The notes beneath the pieces were generated by a model. That model ran no database searches, was not told where the DNA came from, and saw only the letters and a list, made by a program, of their open reading frames with translations. From positions 310,001 through 374,000 of the forward strand of contig NW_003314332.1 in NCBI RefSeq assembly GCF_000143415.4: a stretch of DNA of 64,000 nt, in the 5' to 3' direction. A program made the position numbers and the translations under genes. This DNA comes from Selaginella moellendorffii. Its lineage: Eukaryota; Plantae; Lycopodiophyta. Shown piece after piece: positions 48,836 to 60,270 of the stretch. Position 1 is the first letter of the stretch. Every line of letters begins with the position of its first letter.

Positions 48836-50856
48836 ACTAAATAGCCAAATTCGCAATCTAGGACCATTCCATATTTAGTAAGTTTCCAGCTTGTCTCAGA
48901 GACTAACTCCTGATACTAAGGGAGGTTTGGGTGAAAGCCCAAAGTGTGTTTCCTCAAGGGGGGGGGGGGGATATAGGGGGTTCCAAATGTATAGTAGGGA
49001 TAGTGGGTAGGTCGGGCATGGCCGACCAACCTGAGGCATAGTGTAGCTCCCGCTTGCGTGCCTGTCCTTGTTCTGCATCCGGCTTGGGTCTAAGCCCAAG
49101 TTCCACACCATGCTAGCTGGTGGAGTACCCATGTCCATGTGTTAGGCCATTGGTATGCCAAAATAGCACCAGACTCTGTTTGGCTCTATTTTGCGTGCTG
49201 GTCCTGGCATTGGGATGTTGGTTACTCTAGGATTGTTCCAAATCACTCTAGGCTCCTGTCCCTTGCTCCTTGGGCTTTATGCTCGGGAGTTGCTCCGTGG
49301 TTCGGTTCTGTCACTCCTTGGCTTCGTGCTTGGGAGTTTGGCAAACACGGTAAGCTATCATTCAGAGATATTGAGGGACTAATCTCAATATGCGAGGGTT
49401 CTTGTCACTAGCAAGTGCAAGACACAACGAGACGGGAACTCCTTACCAGGCTAAGTATGCTTAGCTAATAACACGTAAGAATTCCGTCCTTATGCTCGTC
49501 CGGTCTAAGTACACTAGAAATGCCCAGTTAACTCCACTAGCACAAGAGGGACTGATAAAGGGTCCAACAATACCGACCTCTTGCCATTGTAGCAGTAAGG
49601 TAAGAGTGTCCATAAAGACTGGTCGACAGGTAACTTTCGATACCCGAAGTCACATTTGCGACACATTTGTTAGAAGTTGTTGGGGAAGGCATTTTGGCTC
49701 CTAGCTTCGATGTTGAAGTTAGTATTTGCATCTAGCAATCATTGGTGATGATTGACTATCATCTAGGATAGTTTATTATCCTTGTCAAAAGGTTTTGCTT
49801 GATTATTGTTGATATAGAATGATTTGCCATTCTTCAGGATGCTGGATTCCTTATTAGACGATGATTATGTATCTCTTTCTTGATAGGATGATTGATGATC
49901 TTTCATGATGGTTAGTTATTCTTTTTGATGGCTTATGGCTTTTTGCAATACCACATGTTGTTTGTGGTTTACTCTGGTTTGGTCTCTTGGGTTTAAGACA
50001 TCCGTAGGATGTTGCTGACACTTGCTTAGGCAACTTGACTTCCTTGGTGTTATTGGCTGGGATCTATCCGGATTGGCTAGTGCAATGGTTAATATGAACA
50101 AGTGTTTGTTTGCTTTGCAACATTCATTTTGTTTTGTTGATTGTTGCTCGAGTTAATTCTGATAGGTTGGGATGTTATTTCTTTAAAGACATTCCATATT
50201 TAGTAAGTTTCAAGCTTGTCCCAGAGACTAACTCTTGATACTAAGGGAGGCTTGGGGTGAAAGCCCAAAGCGTGTGTTCCTCAAGGGGGGGGGGGGGGGG
50301 ATATGGGGGATTCCAAATGTATAGTAGGGATAGTGGGTAGGTCGGGCATGGCCCACCAACCTGAGGCATAATCTAACTCCCGCTTGTGTGCCTGTCCTTG
50401 TTCTGCATCCGGCTTGGGTCTAAGCCCAAGTTCCATTCCATGCTAGCTAGTGGAGTACCCATATCCTCACGTTAGGCCACCGGTATATCAAAATAACGCC
50501 AGACTCCGTTTGGCTCCGTTTTGCGTGCTGGTCTTGGCATTGGGATGCTGGTTGTTCCAGGACTGTTGCAAGTCACTCCGGGCTCCTGTCCCTTCGTTCC
50601 TTGGGCTATATGCTCGGGAGTTGCTCCATGGTCCGGTTCCATCAGTCCTTGGCTTCACACTTGGGAGTTTGGCACTATTCCTTCGTTCAGTGGCCCAAGG
50701 CCCTGAACCTCAGGTTCCACACCACATTCCTTTGGACACGTGGCATGTGACATGTGGCATTTATCACATGGCACAAAGAGGGTTTAGGTTTCGCTTCGTG
50801 GTGTTATCCTATGGTAAATCACCATAGGATAAAAGGTAAAAACCACGTGCGCTACA
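48836..50856. mobile_element. Scrambled family-C LTR and internal fragments in alternating orientation, ending at an LTR 3' terminus
   Basis: ~48845-49342 LTR (+), ~49342-49665 LTR (-), ~49665-50185 internal (+), ~50186-50856 LTR (+) ending gcgctaca. Confidence 0.75.
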
Positions 50857-51300
50857 AAACTTCATCAAAGGATTAGGTTGACACGCCCAAGGACTCCATT
50901 CTGATCCTTTAAAAATTATGCACATATAACAATTGAAACACTTTATACAAAGGGATAAAAAATAATTAACATCACACTGATGCCTCTTTTTAATGTTCTT
51001 CTAGATTTTAGCCCATACATAAGAGAACTTTGATAGTTTTCTATCATTCCAAGAGGAAGGGATGATATGAAGTCCAAGTATACAGTTATGATGTTATATA
51101 TTAATATTAACATAATGGGATTTTGATAGTTGTCAAGTTGGTTTCAATTTAGACCATATAATCTAGGGTTTTTGAGCTAATTGATATGCATATTTTTGTA
51201 TTCCATTTCCATATTTCATGCACTCATAATACATTTTGAAATTTTAAGTTTATTTCTGAATAAAATTCTTTTGTAAATTATAAATAATATATTATATAAG

Positions 51301-51334
<34 letters not shown>

Positions 51335-51338
51335 TATA
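51301..51338. repeat. (TA)n microsatellite in a very AT-rich spacer
   Basis: Seen directly in the sequence. Confidence 0.9.
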
Positions 51339-52436
51339 TTTTAGGAATTTATATTTGATATTTTTTTAAAAAAATTTATTTATTTAGTAATATAAATAAT
51401 AGTTTTGCAAAAATATTTAGAAAATATATTAATGTTATAAATTCTATCACAAAATTATTTTTAGATTTTTCTCATAAAACATAAAGTTTACAATTTTAAA
51501 TTTAAATGTAAAATAATTTTTATAAACTGAATCCATAAATGCACATGAATCCATAGTTTTGGTAGCATGCTTTTTTTTATAAACTTTTGAGACTTATATT
51601 TGTTATCTATTTTGTTAAAATTTTACCATAGCTAGTAGTAGTGAATATACATTTTAATAAATATAGAGATACTAAATATATAATAGTTAACTAAACAATA
51701 AGAATTTAATATCATTTATAAATAAATAAAATTTATATTTGGACCACTATTATACATTTAATCCCATTATTTTTATCTTATATAAAATATATATATAGTT
51801 TTTTCTAACTTTAGTTAAAGGATAATAAAGTATACACACTATATTGTATAAATTAATTTTTTTATAAATATTACTTTTATAATTCAAAACTCTTAAAACC
51901 ATTAATATTTTATAACATGTGTTTGCTATCTTTTCGATAAATAATAAAGTTTTAAAACTATAATTTTATATTTATTATATGATTTCAAGTTTAGAGAAAA
52001 AATAAAAGAATTTTAGTATGTTTTTCAAATGAGGACGAGAACATTCTGAAATTATTTTATTTTCTAATATTAAAGCATACACTTGGTTTTACACAAAACT
52101 CATTCATATATTTAGAACTACTTTTAGAAATATTTTTCTTTATTAATTTATTACATATTATTTAGTGATAAGAAATTACTTTAGACCACTTTCATTCTAC
52201 TTTTCACAAAATTAATTTAAACGAATCTTGACACCGAAAATGAATATTCGTACCTTTCTGTTTGGGTGTTGGGAATCGAACCAATAATAGAGCGTGGTAG
52301 AGTGTGGCGTGGTGCTTTTCTACGGCTGCCAGCTTGCCACCTGTCGCCATCCCCTTGTAACTAAACAACGCCGCCGGCGGGAACAGTCCGTCGCGCTCCC
52401 AACTTTAAAATGGCCGTCCCCTGTTCTTCGCTATTT

Positions 52437-52444
52437 TAGGGTTT
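52437..52444 (+). promoter_or_regulatory. Telo-box (TAGGGTTT) upstream of the cold-shock domain gene
   Basis: Exact reverse complement of AAACCCTA about 180 bp upstream of the ATG; function inferred. Confidence 0.35.
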
Positions 52445-52625
52445 ATCGCGGGAAGTTTTAGCGCAGGGATTTCGTCACGAGCGCGCGCCTGAGAAGTAGC
52501 GCCTGGCATTGTGATCGCTGCATTCTTGTGGGGATCCTTGGCCGAAATTTCTGGTTCTTGCTCCAATCTTGCCTCGCTCCAAGAAAGGCCTCTTCTTTGT
52601 TCTCTTCTTCTTTCGAGCGCGAGCT

Positions 52626-53150
52626 ATGGCGTCTCCAGCGGATGCCAAGCGCACAGGCAAGGTCAAGTGGTTCAATGTCACCAAGGGATTCGGCTTCATC
52701 ACGCCCGACGATGGAAGCGAGGAGCTCTTCGTCCACCAATCGGCGATCTTCGCCGAGGGCTTCCGGTCGCTGCGCGAGGGTGAGATCGTGGAGTTCAGCG
52801 TAGAGCAAGGCGAGGATCAGCGCATGCGAGCGGCGGATGTCACGGGCCCTGACGGCAGCCACGTCCAGGGAGCTCCATCCAGCTTTGGATCTCGCGGAGG
52901 AGGAGGAGGAGGGCGCGGCGGTGTTGGCGGCGGCGGACCTCCACGCGGCGGTCCTCGTGGCGGAGGCCGCGCTGGTGGCTATGGTGGTGGCGGCGGCGGC
53001 TATGGCGGCGGAGGCGGAGGAGGATACTCGAGAGGTCGTGGCCGCGCTGGTGGAGGAGATAATCCCATCGTCTGCTACAATTGCAATGAAGCTGGGCACG
53101 TCTCGCGGGATTGCAAGTACCAGCAGGAAGGGGGCGGCGGCGGCGGCGGC
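52626..53150 (+). CDS. Cold-shock domain protein with Gly-rich region and CCHC zinc knuckle (CSP/GRP2 family); 3' end lost in an N gap
   Basis: [39 protein letters not shown] (RNP1/RNP2), [14 protein letters not shown]. Confidence 0.95.
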
Positions 53151-53328
53151 NNNNNNNNNNNNNNNNNNNNNNNNNNNNNNNNNNNNNNNNNNNNNNNNNN
53201 NNNNNNNNNNNNNNNNNNNNNNNNNNNNNNNNNNNNNNNNNNNNNNNNNNNNNNNNNNNNNNNNNNNNNNNNNNNNNNNNNNNNNNNNNNNNNNNNNNNN
53301 NNNNNNNNNNNNNNNNNNNNNNNNNNNN
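53151..53328. other. Assembly gap (N run) inside a GGC-rich coding repeat
   Basis: N bases. Confidence 0.99.
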
Positions 53329-54668
53329 TGGTTTGTGCCTTCTCAGCTAGATCTCTCTCCCGGGAGAGAAGACGCAAGCTTCCCTTCTGGGATTGATCGA
53401 TCGATTCTCCCTCTTTCCTCTCCTTTCTCTTTCGACACGATCCAGCATCCAAGGCCCCGTCCTATCGATCGTCCGTGAGCTTGGAAAAAAGAATTTCTCA
53501 AAAACATTATCTCAATGGAATCGACAATCCTCCTCTCCTCCCCAGTCCATCCCCATTTTTGTGATGAACAACAAAGACCCAAAAATGGATGGGTCCAACG
53601 ACCCAAAAGATTGGATTGGATTGGATGGACTCTCGTTTTCTATAATATCTGTGTTGCTTGTGGCTCTGGAGTTTCCTTGGCTGCGAATTCTCTCGCGAAA
53701 TGGACGGCTGGATGCGACCATTGACCCTAATCCACCATCGCTCCTTTATAAATGTTACAAGGTATAGGTGGACCAATGACCAGGCGAAAAGAAGTTTGCC
53801 ACCGCGAAAAACAAACAAACGCTTCCCTCATCCCCAGGAGCCCTAGAATCGAAATCCAGTGGCACCGATCTCTCCAAGTTGGCGGACGAATCTCGCGAAA
53901 ACCCCCAAAAACACTTGAAAATTTGGAACTAATGTGGCGCCAAACTAACAAGCCAACACACACACTTGGGCTGACTTTGGCGGACGGTACAAAATTACTT
54001 GCCACCCGTCCTAGGGTTATAAGTAGACCGGTTAAACTAACAAAATATCTCGGGTAAAAGGTGCGCGCGCATTTTCGTTGTCACCTCACCACCTAACAAA
54101 GGGAGGATAATATGCGTTTGACCTCTAAGAGAAAAATGCTGCGAGGTTTCGTGTTTGAAATGAATTGCTAGATGCCGATGGAATCAATCAAAACCCACAG
54201 TAACTTACACACGTGAAAATCTCGTGTGCGAGAGATTTTTTTATAGTAAGTTAAGTTAAGCTGCGCGGTAATAACTCTAAGGATCCGGATTTGTTAGCGC
54301 AAATCTTACCGTTTTTCCAAGAAAAACTACGGGGGAATATTCACAGCAGCATCGTATAAATGCGGTGTTAGGGTTTATGCTCCAAACGCTGATGCTTATC
54401 GAGTCGAGGCAAGAAAGAGGGAGAGATTGCTGCTGCTCCCCCGCAAGAATCCCCAATCTTGAGCAAATTCTAGCCCGGCGCCAGGGTTTTGAGGGGGATT
54501 GAAGATGAGAAGCGGCTGTGTGGCAGGCCGCGCTCCAGGGTTTCGTCTGGCAGGGCCTTGGCGATCGTCCTCACCAGAGAGAGGAGAGGAATCCATGGAG
54601 GTAATCTCCATTCTTAGTCCTAGCCGACCGGATTATCCATAGCGCCATAGCTTTGGAGGGATTTAGGA

Positions 54669-57124
54669 ATGTGCAAGGACGACATGGATGATGACGGCAC
54701 AGGTTCACGGAAGAAGCCGGAGCTTGGAGCATTTCTGAGGAAGAAATCTAGCAAGGCGGAGAGTGGTGCCAAAAATCGGAGCCCTCGCTCAGGGGATTCA
54801 TCAGATGAGGATTGGCTGCGCCATCCACTGCTGCCACCGCAGCTCAAGAGAAGCTTTGGGGGCAGCTATCTCTGCGACAGTTTGAAGGATTTTAGCTGGA
54901 GGAGGCAAAAATGGCAGGTTCTTAGCGTCTGTGGATCCCTGGCAGTGCTGTTCTTCCTGGCTCTTGTGCTGGAGACTTTCAAGGACAGTGCCAACTTCTC
55001 GATGGCACGGGCCCTTTTGTGGCTCCTTTGCGTTCTTCTCTCGCTGCTGCTGCTCTACTTTCTCTGCTGCGATTACGATGGCAGCAGGATTGTGTGTCAG
55101 GCACTCTTTCCTCTCGTCATTCTCTTGGCCTGCGCTGCGTGGTACGTGCCCAAGGTGGTGTGCGCTGTGAGAGACGATTCAGCTCGTTGCAAGCTTCTGG
55201 ATCCTCTGCCTGTGTTTCTTGTGAGCAGTCTTCCTCTTTTGCTTCTGAGCGCTCCCGTCATGGCTCTGCGCGTTGCGTGCGCTTTGGCCGGTTTGGTCCT
55301 TTTGGTCTTTCTTTCTTTCGCTGTTTACTCCTCGAGAGATTTGGAGTTCATCTCTAGTGCTCCCTGGGTTTTGTCTCCGTTCGTCTTCCTGTCGAGCGTG
55401 CTGGTGAGCTACCATGGATGGCGGTCAGAGAAAGAACTCTTTGCTTTGGCTTGCTCTCTCAAGAAGGCTGTGTCATGTTCGCGGCTGAACACGCGCGAGG
55501 TACAGGCGGAGCTGAGAAATGTGAAAAAGGATAGCTCGGAGAGGATTGCGAAGATGAGGCAGTTCATCAGCTACATCTTTCATGAAATTCGAGGTACGCT
55601 CCCGCAGAGTTTTGCTGCTTCGACTCATCGAAAATGTGTGCATGCAGTTCCATTTAACGCTGTAGTCCTGGGAATTGGCCACCTTTTGGCAACCAACGTG
55701 TCAGAAGAGCAGCAAGAGGTTCTAAATATGATGGATTCATCGTCCTCGTCTATGATCCGGATCCTCAACGATGTTCTTGATATGGGTATGTTTTGTATTT
55801 ACCTGAGCAGTGCTCACTGGTCGGTTTTTTGCAGGGAAGATAGAGTCCGGCAAATTGCAGCTTGAAAAACAGCCGTTTAATCTGGCAGAGCTTGTCAGCT
55901 CGTTGATATGGGCTTTCAAAGACACGTTAGAATCAAAGGGCCTCGAGTTTTCTCTTTGCGTGGATGACTGTACAAAGGAATTCCTTTCCACGCACGACCT
56001 TGTTGGTGACAAGCACAGGATTAGACAGGTGAGAATTTCCTTGCCAGTTGATGCTCGCGTGGCTCACTTCACTGCACTGCTTAGGTGTTGGCCAACTATC
56101 TGTCAAATGCTACAAAGTTCACTCCCCGCGGTGGTAGAGTGAAGCTTCACGTTGTCTGGAACAGAACAAAACAGGACGGCTCTGGGGATGTACCCGCTGA
56201 CTCCCCCGCTTCTCATGCCAAGCAAGAACTCTCGGAACTAAGCAAGAAACGGTGCGTTGCAAGCGTGACGGTTTCAGTAGAGGACACAGGTATCGGGATC
56301 AGCAAAGAAGATCAAGTGAGGTTATTCGAGCCGTATATACAAGTTCATACCGGATCCACACAATCCCAAGGCGGTACGGGCCTTGGCCTGTCCTTCGCAA
56401 AGAGGTACTACGGTTTCTTTCTATTCATTGTTTTGCGTATACTCAGTAAACTTTGCAGGATTGTGGAACTCGCAGGAGGAAAGATTGGCGTGTTCTCGGA
56501 CACGGGCAGAGGCAGTGTTTTCTCCTTCACAATCCCGTTCGAAGTTGCCGGCACGGTTTCAATCGAGGGAAAGGCAGCCGAGGAAGTGCTGGTGAATCCA
56601 TTCGACCTTCCGGAGGAGAGCCGCGTGGAAACCGGCGTCGTGGCGGCGAGCGGTGGTTTGTCGAGCTCCCAGCAGCCACCACGGCCGACTCCAAAGGTTT
56701 TGATCGTGGAGGACAACCAGGTGAACAGGCGGATACTGAAAAAGCTCCTCGCCAGCTTCAACATCGAGAGCGATGCCGCGGAGGACGGGCTCCAGGCGGT
56801 GGATATGTGCCGCAGCGGTGCGCAGTACGACATGATACTGATTGACAAGGAGATGCCTGTGATGGACGGGCACGAGGTACGAGCTCTCGAATGCAATGTC
56901 AACGCGATGGAATCTCACGCTGTTTGGGTGGTGTGCTGTTGCTCCAGGCTACGCGAGAGATACGCGCGATGGGTGTCAAGACAACGATCGTCGGGCTCAC
57001 GGGAAATGCTCTCGACAGCGATCGCAACCAGTTTCTTGCGGCCGGGGTGAACGATTTCTTCACGAAACCGTTGTCGCGGCACCAGCTGCTGAGACTCTTG
57101 GAGGCTCACGGACTAGTCCGATGA
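54669..57124 (+). CDS. Multi-pass membrane hybrid histidine kinase (TM sensor-HisKA-HATPase-receiver). Exons ~54669-55593, 55648-55785, 55835-56028, 56085-56404, 56459-56876, 56948-57124
   Basis: H-box FHEIRVP, N-box LANYLSNATKFT, G1 DTGIGI, G2 GGTGLGL, receiver VEDN..IDKEMP..GLTGN..TKP. Five GT-AG introns restore the frame. Confidence 0.9.
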
Positions 57125-57419
57125 TTGTGACGAAACGAGACGACACGATCGACGTGAGAGCAAGGGAGACGGAGAAAAAGAGGAGATCTACTGTTCTTGG
57201 TCTCTCTCGTTTTTTTCTTCTTCTCCCATTCTTTGCGTGGTTGGATCCATCCTTTCAGGATTCTTGGGTGCTTTGTATTATAGACCGATTCATTGGAGAA
57301 AACAAAGTATAGGCGATTTGTAGAAAAAGTCCTTGCAAGAAAAGGAAAAGGTCCCCAAATAACTTGCCAAATATTTAGGGTTCTAAGTTAAGGTAGGAGG
57401 AGGAAAGGAGGAAAGGAGG

Positions 57420-58143
57420 ATGTTTCTAGTGGATTGGTTCTATGGCGTCTTAGCGAGCCTAGGGCTGTGGCAGAAGGAGGGCAAGATCTTGTTCCTAGGG
57501 CTCGACAACGCCGGCAAGACGACGCTGCTACACATGCTCAAGGACGAGGTAAGCGAATTTCTTGGAATTTCCTCCCCTAGGTCATGGATCTGGGGATTGC
57601 GCCTGCGCAGAGACTCGTCCAGCACCAGCCGACGCAGTACCCGACCTCGGAGGAGCTGAGCATAGGCAAGATCAAGTTCAAAGCGTTTGATCTGGGCGGT
57701 CACCAGATCGCTCGTCGCGTCTGGAAGGACTACTACGCCAAGGTTTGTGGGAAAGATTCTCCTTTCTTCTTTGTTTTTGGGTGAAAACTATAGCACTAAT
57801 TTTTCTCTCTTTTTTTTGGCTATACAAGGTTGATGGCATCGTCTACTTAGTGGACGACGCTGACAAGGAGAGATTTCCCGAGGCAAAGAAGGAGCTCGAC
57901 GCTCTCCTCGCGGACGATTCTCTCTCGCAGGTCCCTTTCCTGGTCCTGGGAAACAAGATCGACATTCCTTACGCAGCGTCCGAGGAGGAGCTCCGCTGGT
58001 TCTTGGGTCTAAGCCACACCACTGGCAAAGGCAAGGCGGACCTCAACAGTAACGTCCGCCCCATCGAGGTCTTCATGTGTAGCATCGTCCGGAAGATGGG
58101 TTATGGCGAAGGCTTCAGGTGGCTGTCTCAGTACATCAAGTGA
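57420..58143 (+). CDS. SAR1: SAR1 small GTPase, 191 aa. Exons 57420-57548, 57611-57742, 57829-58143
   Basis: [31 protein letters not shown]-terminal [14 protein letters not shown]. Confidence 0.97.
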
Positions 58144-58660
58144 GAGCTGCCTGGTTTGTAAGTCTCGATCGCTCGACTTTATACATTTGATCTCATCTTC
58201 CTCTTTATCGTTTTTGGTTCTCGCTTTCCATTCACTACTAACTTTGGTCATTCTCTTTCGCATTGTGTGTACTGGCTGGCTCTGTCCTAAAGTGGTTCTA
58301 TTCTGGAAGATTGTTTTTTCAGGACAGGACACGCATAGGCATCGGGACAAATGGCGACCGTCTTCGATTGAAGAGGTTTGTGATTTCTTTTTATAACTTC
58401 GCTTTGTTTTCCTGAAGTTGAGAGTAGAAGGGACAGGGGTCTTGTCTTAAAGAGTTAAAAATCAAGCTCGGCTGTCAACTGGTTGGTAGCGGCTGGCTTT
58501 GTTTGAACAGACTGTGATCGCTTGAGATTTGATGACCAGCATGACGCAACGTGATGTGGATGACAATCTGGCAAGCTTGCGACCAGGTAAATTTAGTGCT
58601 CCAAGCTTTTGCTTTTTCTAAAAGTTTTTCGTTGCAGCAGCTCAGTAAGAGTCACCACTG

Positions 58661-58662
<2 letters not shown>

Positions 58663-58719
<57 letters not shown>
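58663..58719. repeat. (GA)n microsatellite
   Basis: About 28 GA units. Confidence 0.95.
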
Positions 58720-58720
<1 letters not shown>

Positions 58721-59006
58721 AGCCCAGAAGAGCTTCGCAAATACACTACGTGGGTGAGGCATTTATGCATTGAAGTGAAGCTTCGCTTCTCTAACCCGGC
58801 TGCTTGCGTCAGATACATGATTGGAGAGAACTGTCGACATTGATTGAGCAAGGCGTGGTCTTTAGATCAACTTACAAGTGTGTACAGAAGCCAAGCATTA
58901 TTGTTTCAACAAGCAGCACCAGAAACTATAATAGCAAGAAGCACTCGGAGAAGAAACTTTACGAGAAGCCAGAAGCCAGAGAGGCACGGGCAGAGCAGTG
59001 ACGGGC

Positions 59007-59564
59007 TCACGGGCACTTGTGTCCGCCTCTCGAGTTCTTCATCTCGTTGTAGCAGGGGCAGACCTCTCGGTTCCCAGCAGTTCCCGGTGGCACGCATTGG
59101 CATTTCCCGCAGCAGATGTTACAGTACTTGAGGCAGCGCTTGTGAAGGCCCGCCTTGGAGCAGCGGTAGTCGCAGGCAGCCGCGCAATCTATAAGAAGAG
59201 AGGGGGTTGGATACATCAAAACTCTGGACACAATGAGAAGAAGAGGAGGAGTTCAAAGTCTTCTCACTTAGATATGGAGACCTGTTCTTGGAGCCGACCA
59301 AAGCACCTTGCTTCTGCAAGACAAGTCACACAGAAAACTTTCAAGCCTCGCGACGAGAGATGGAATGGAGATGAGAGAGCATCCAACCTCGGTTTGCTCC
59401 AGTTGCTCGGTAGCACCAGCAGCAGCAATCTAGAATCAAAACGAAGACACAGAGTTACAAGCTTGGCCGGGAAATCGCAAAAGGAAGAACAACGAAGGAA
59501 CCACCTCGAGGCAAACGAGCGTCGCGATGAAGATAGCGAGGAGCAGCATTTGATACTTGGCCAT
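59007..59564 (-). CDS. GASA/Snakin cysteine-rich secreted peptide, 4 exons (~59505-59564, 59388-59429, ~59268-59313, 59007-59189)
   Basis: Signal peptide [20 protein letters not shown]; 12-Cys domain [38 protein letters not shown]. Confidence 0.93.
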
Positions 59565-60270
59565 CGCCCAAGAGCTTTCAAGGATATTGGGAAAGAGAGA
59601 CGAAGAAGACGAAGAGAGACGTTCGTGTTGTGCTTCGAATTTGAGCTCTCCCCCCACAATATATACCTGATTTTTGGCGCATACACACCACCACATACTA
59701 TTACAGCTGTACAATACAGTCTCGGAGATGGTATCGGGTACGTACATGTATGCCAATGCAAGCTGGCCAGGATCCGCTCCTTCGCAGGACCTTCGATTAG
59801 CAAACATCGAGGGTTCGACTCCCGCCACCTCCGCGATAATCCACGCCCTAAAAGTTTGTTGATCGAATCAAACAAGGGCGTGGCGTGCTCGAAAGAAAAT
59901 GTAAGTGGCTTGGGGTGTGTGCACGGCCAAGATATTCCGATTCGATCCGGTGCCAGCCTTTTTTTTTTTTCCCGGGCTCCTTTTAACTTTGACAAAGCGC
60001 GCGAAAGTGCTGTCCGTACGGTGCGATGATGGGTGTTCTGTTTCTTGCCAGCCTGCCGCGACGGCAAGCTCGACTCGTGTCACGGGCCATGGCCGGTGAC
60101 CTAATTTCTCCGACCTAATTCTCAAACTCTGGCCTAAACGTAAGTATTGACTGAGTCGCTCCGTCTCCCAATGTGCCAAGAACTCTCTCGTTTCTCGGTA
60201 CGTAACTCTTTCATGGGTCGTACAAAAGGCGCCTGGAAGAAACCTGAGCTCGAGAAATTGTTTAGAAAAG

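Noticed and set aside
52569-53478. ORFs reading through the N gap
   Set aside because: Artefacts of the N run. The CSP starts at ATG 52626 and its stop is probably within the gap.
58998-60067. 343-aa (+) and 267-aa (-) ORFs
   Set aside because: They overlap the spliced GASA gene and its promoter and show no recognisable domain
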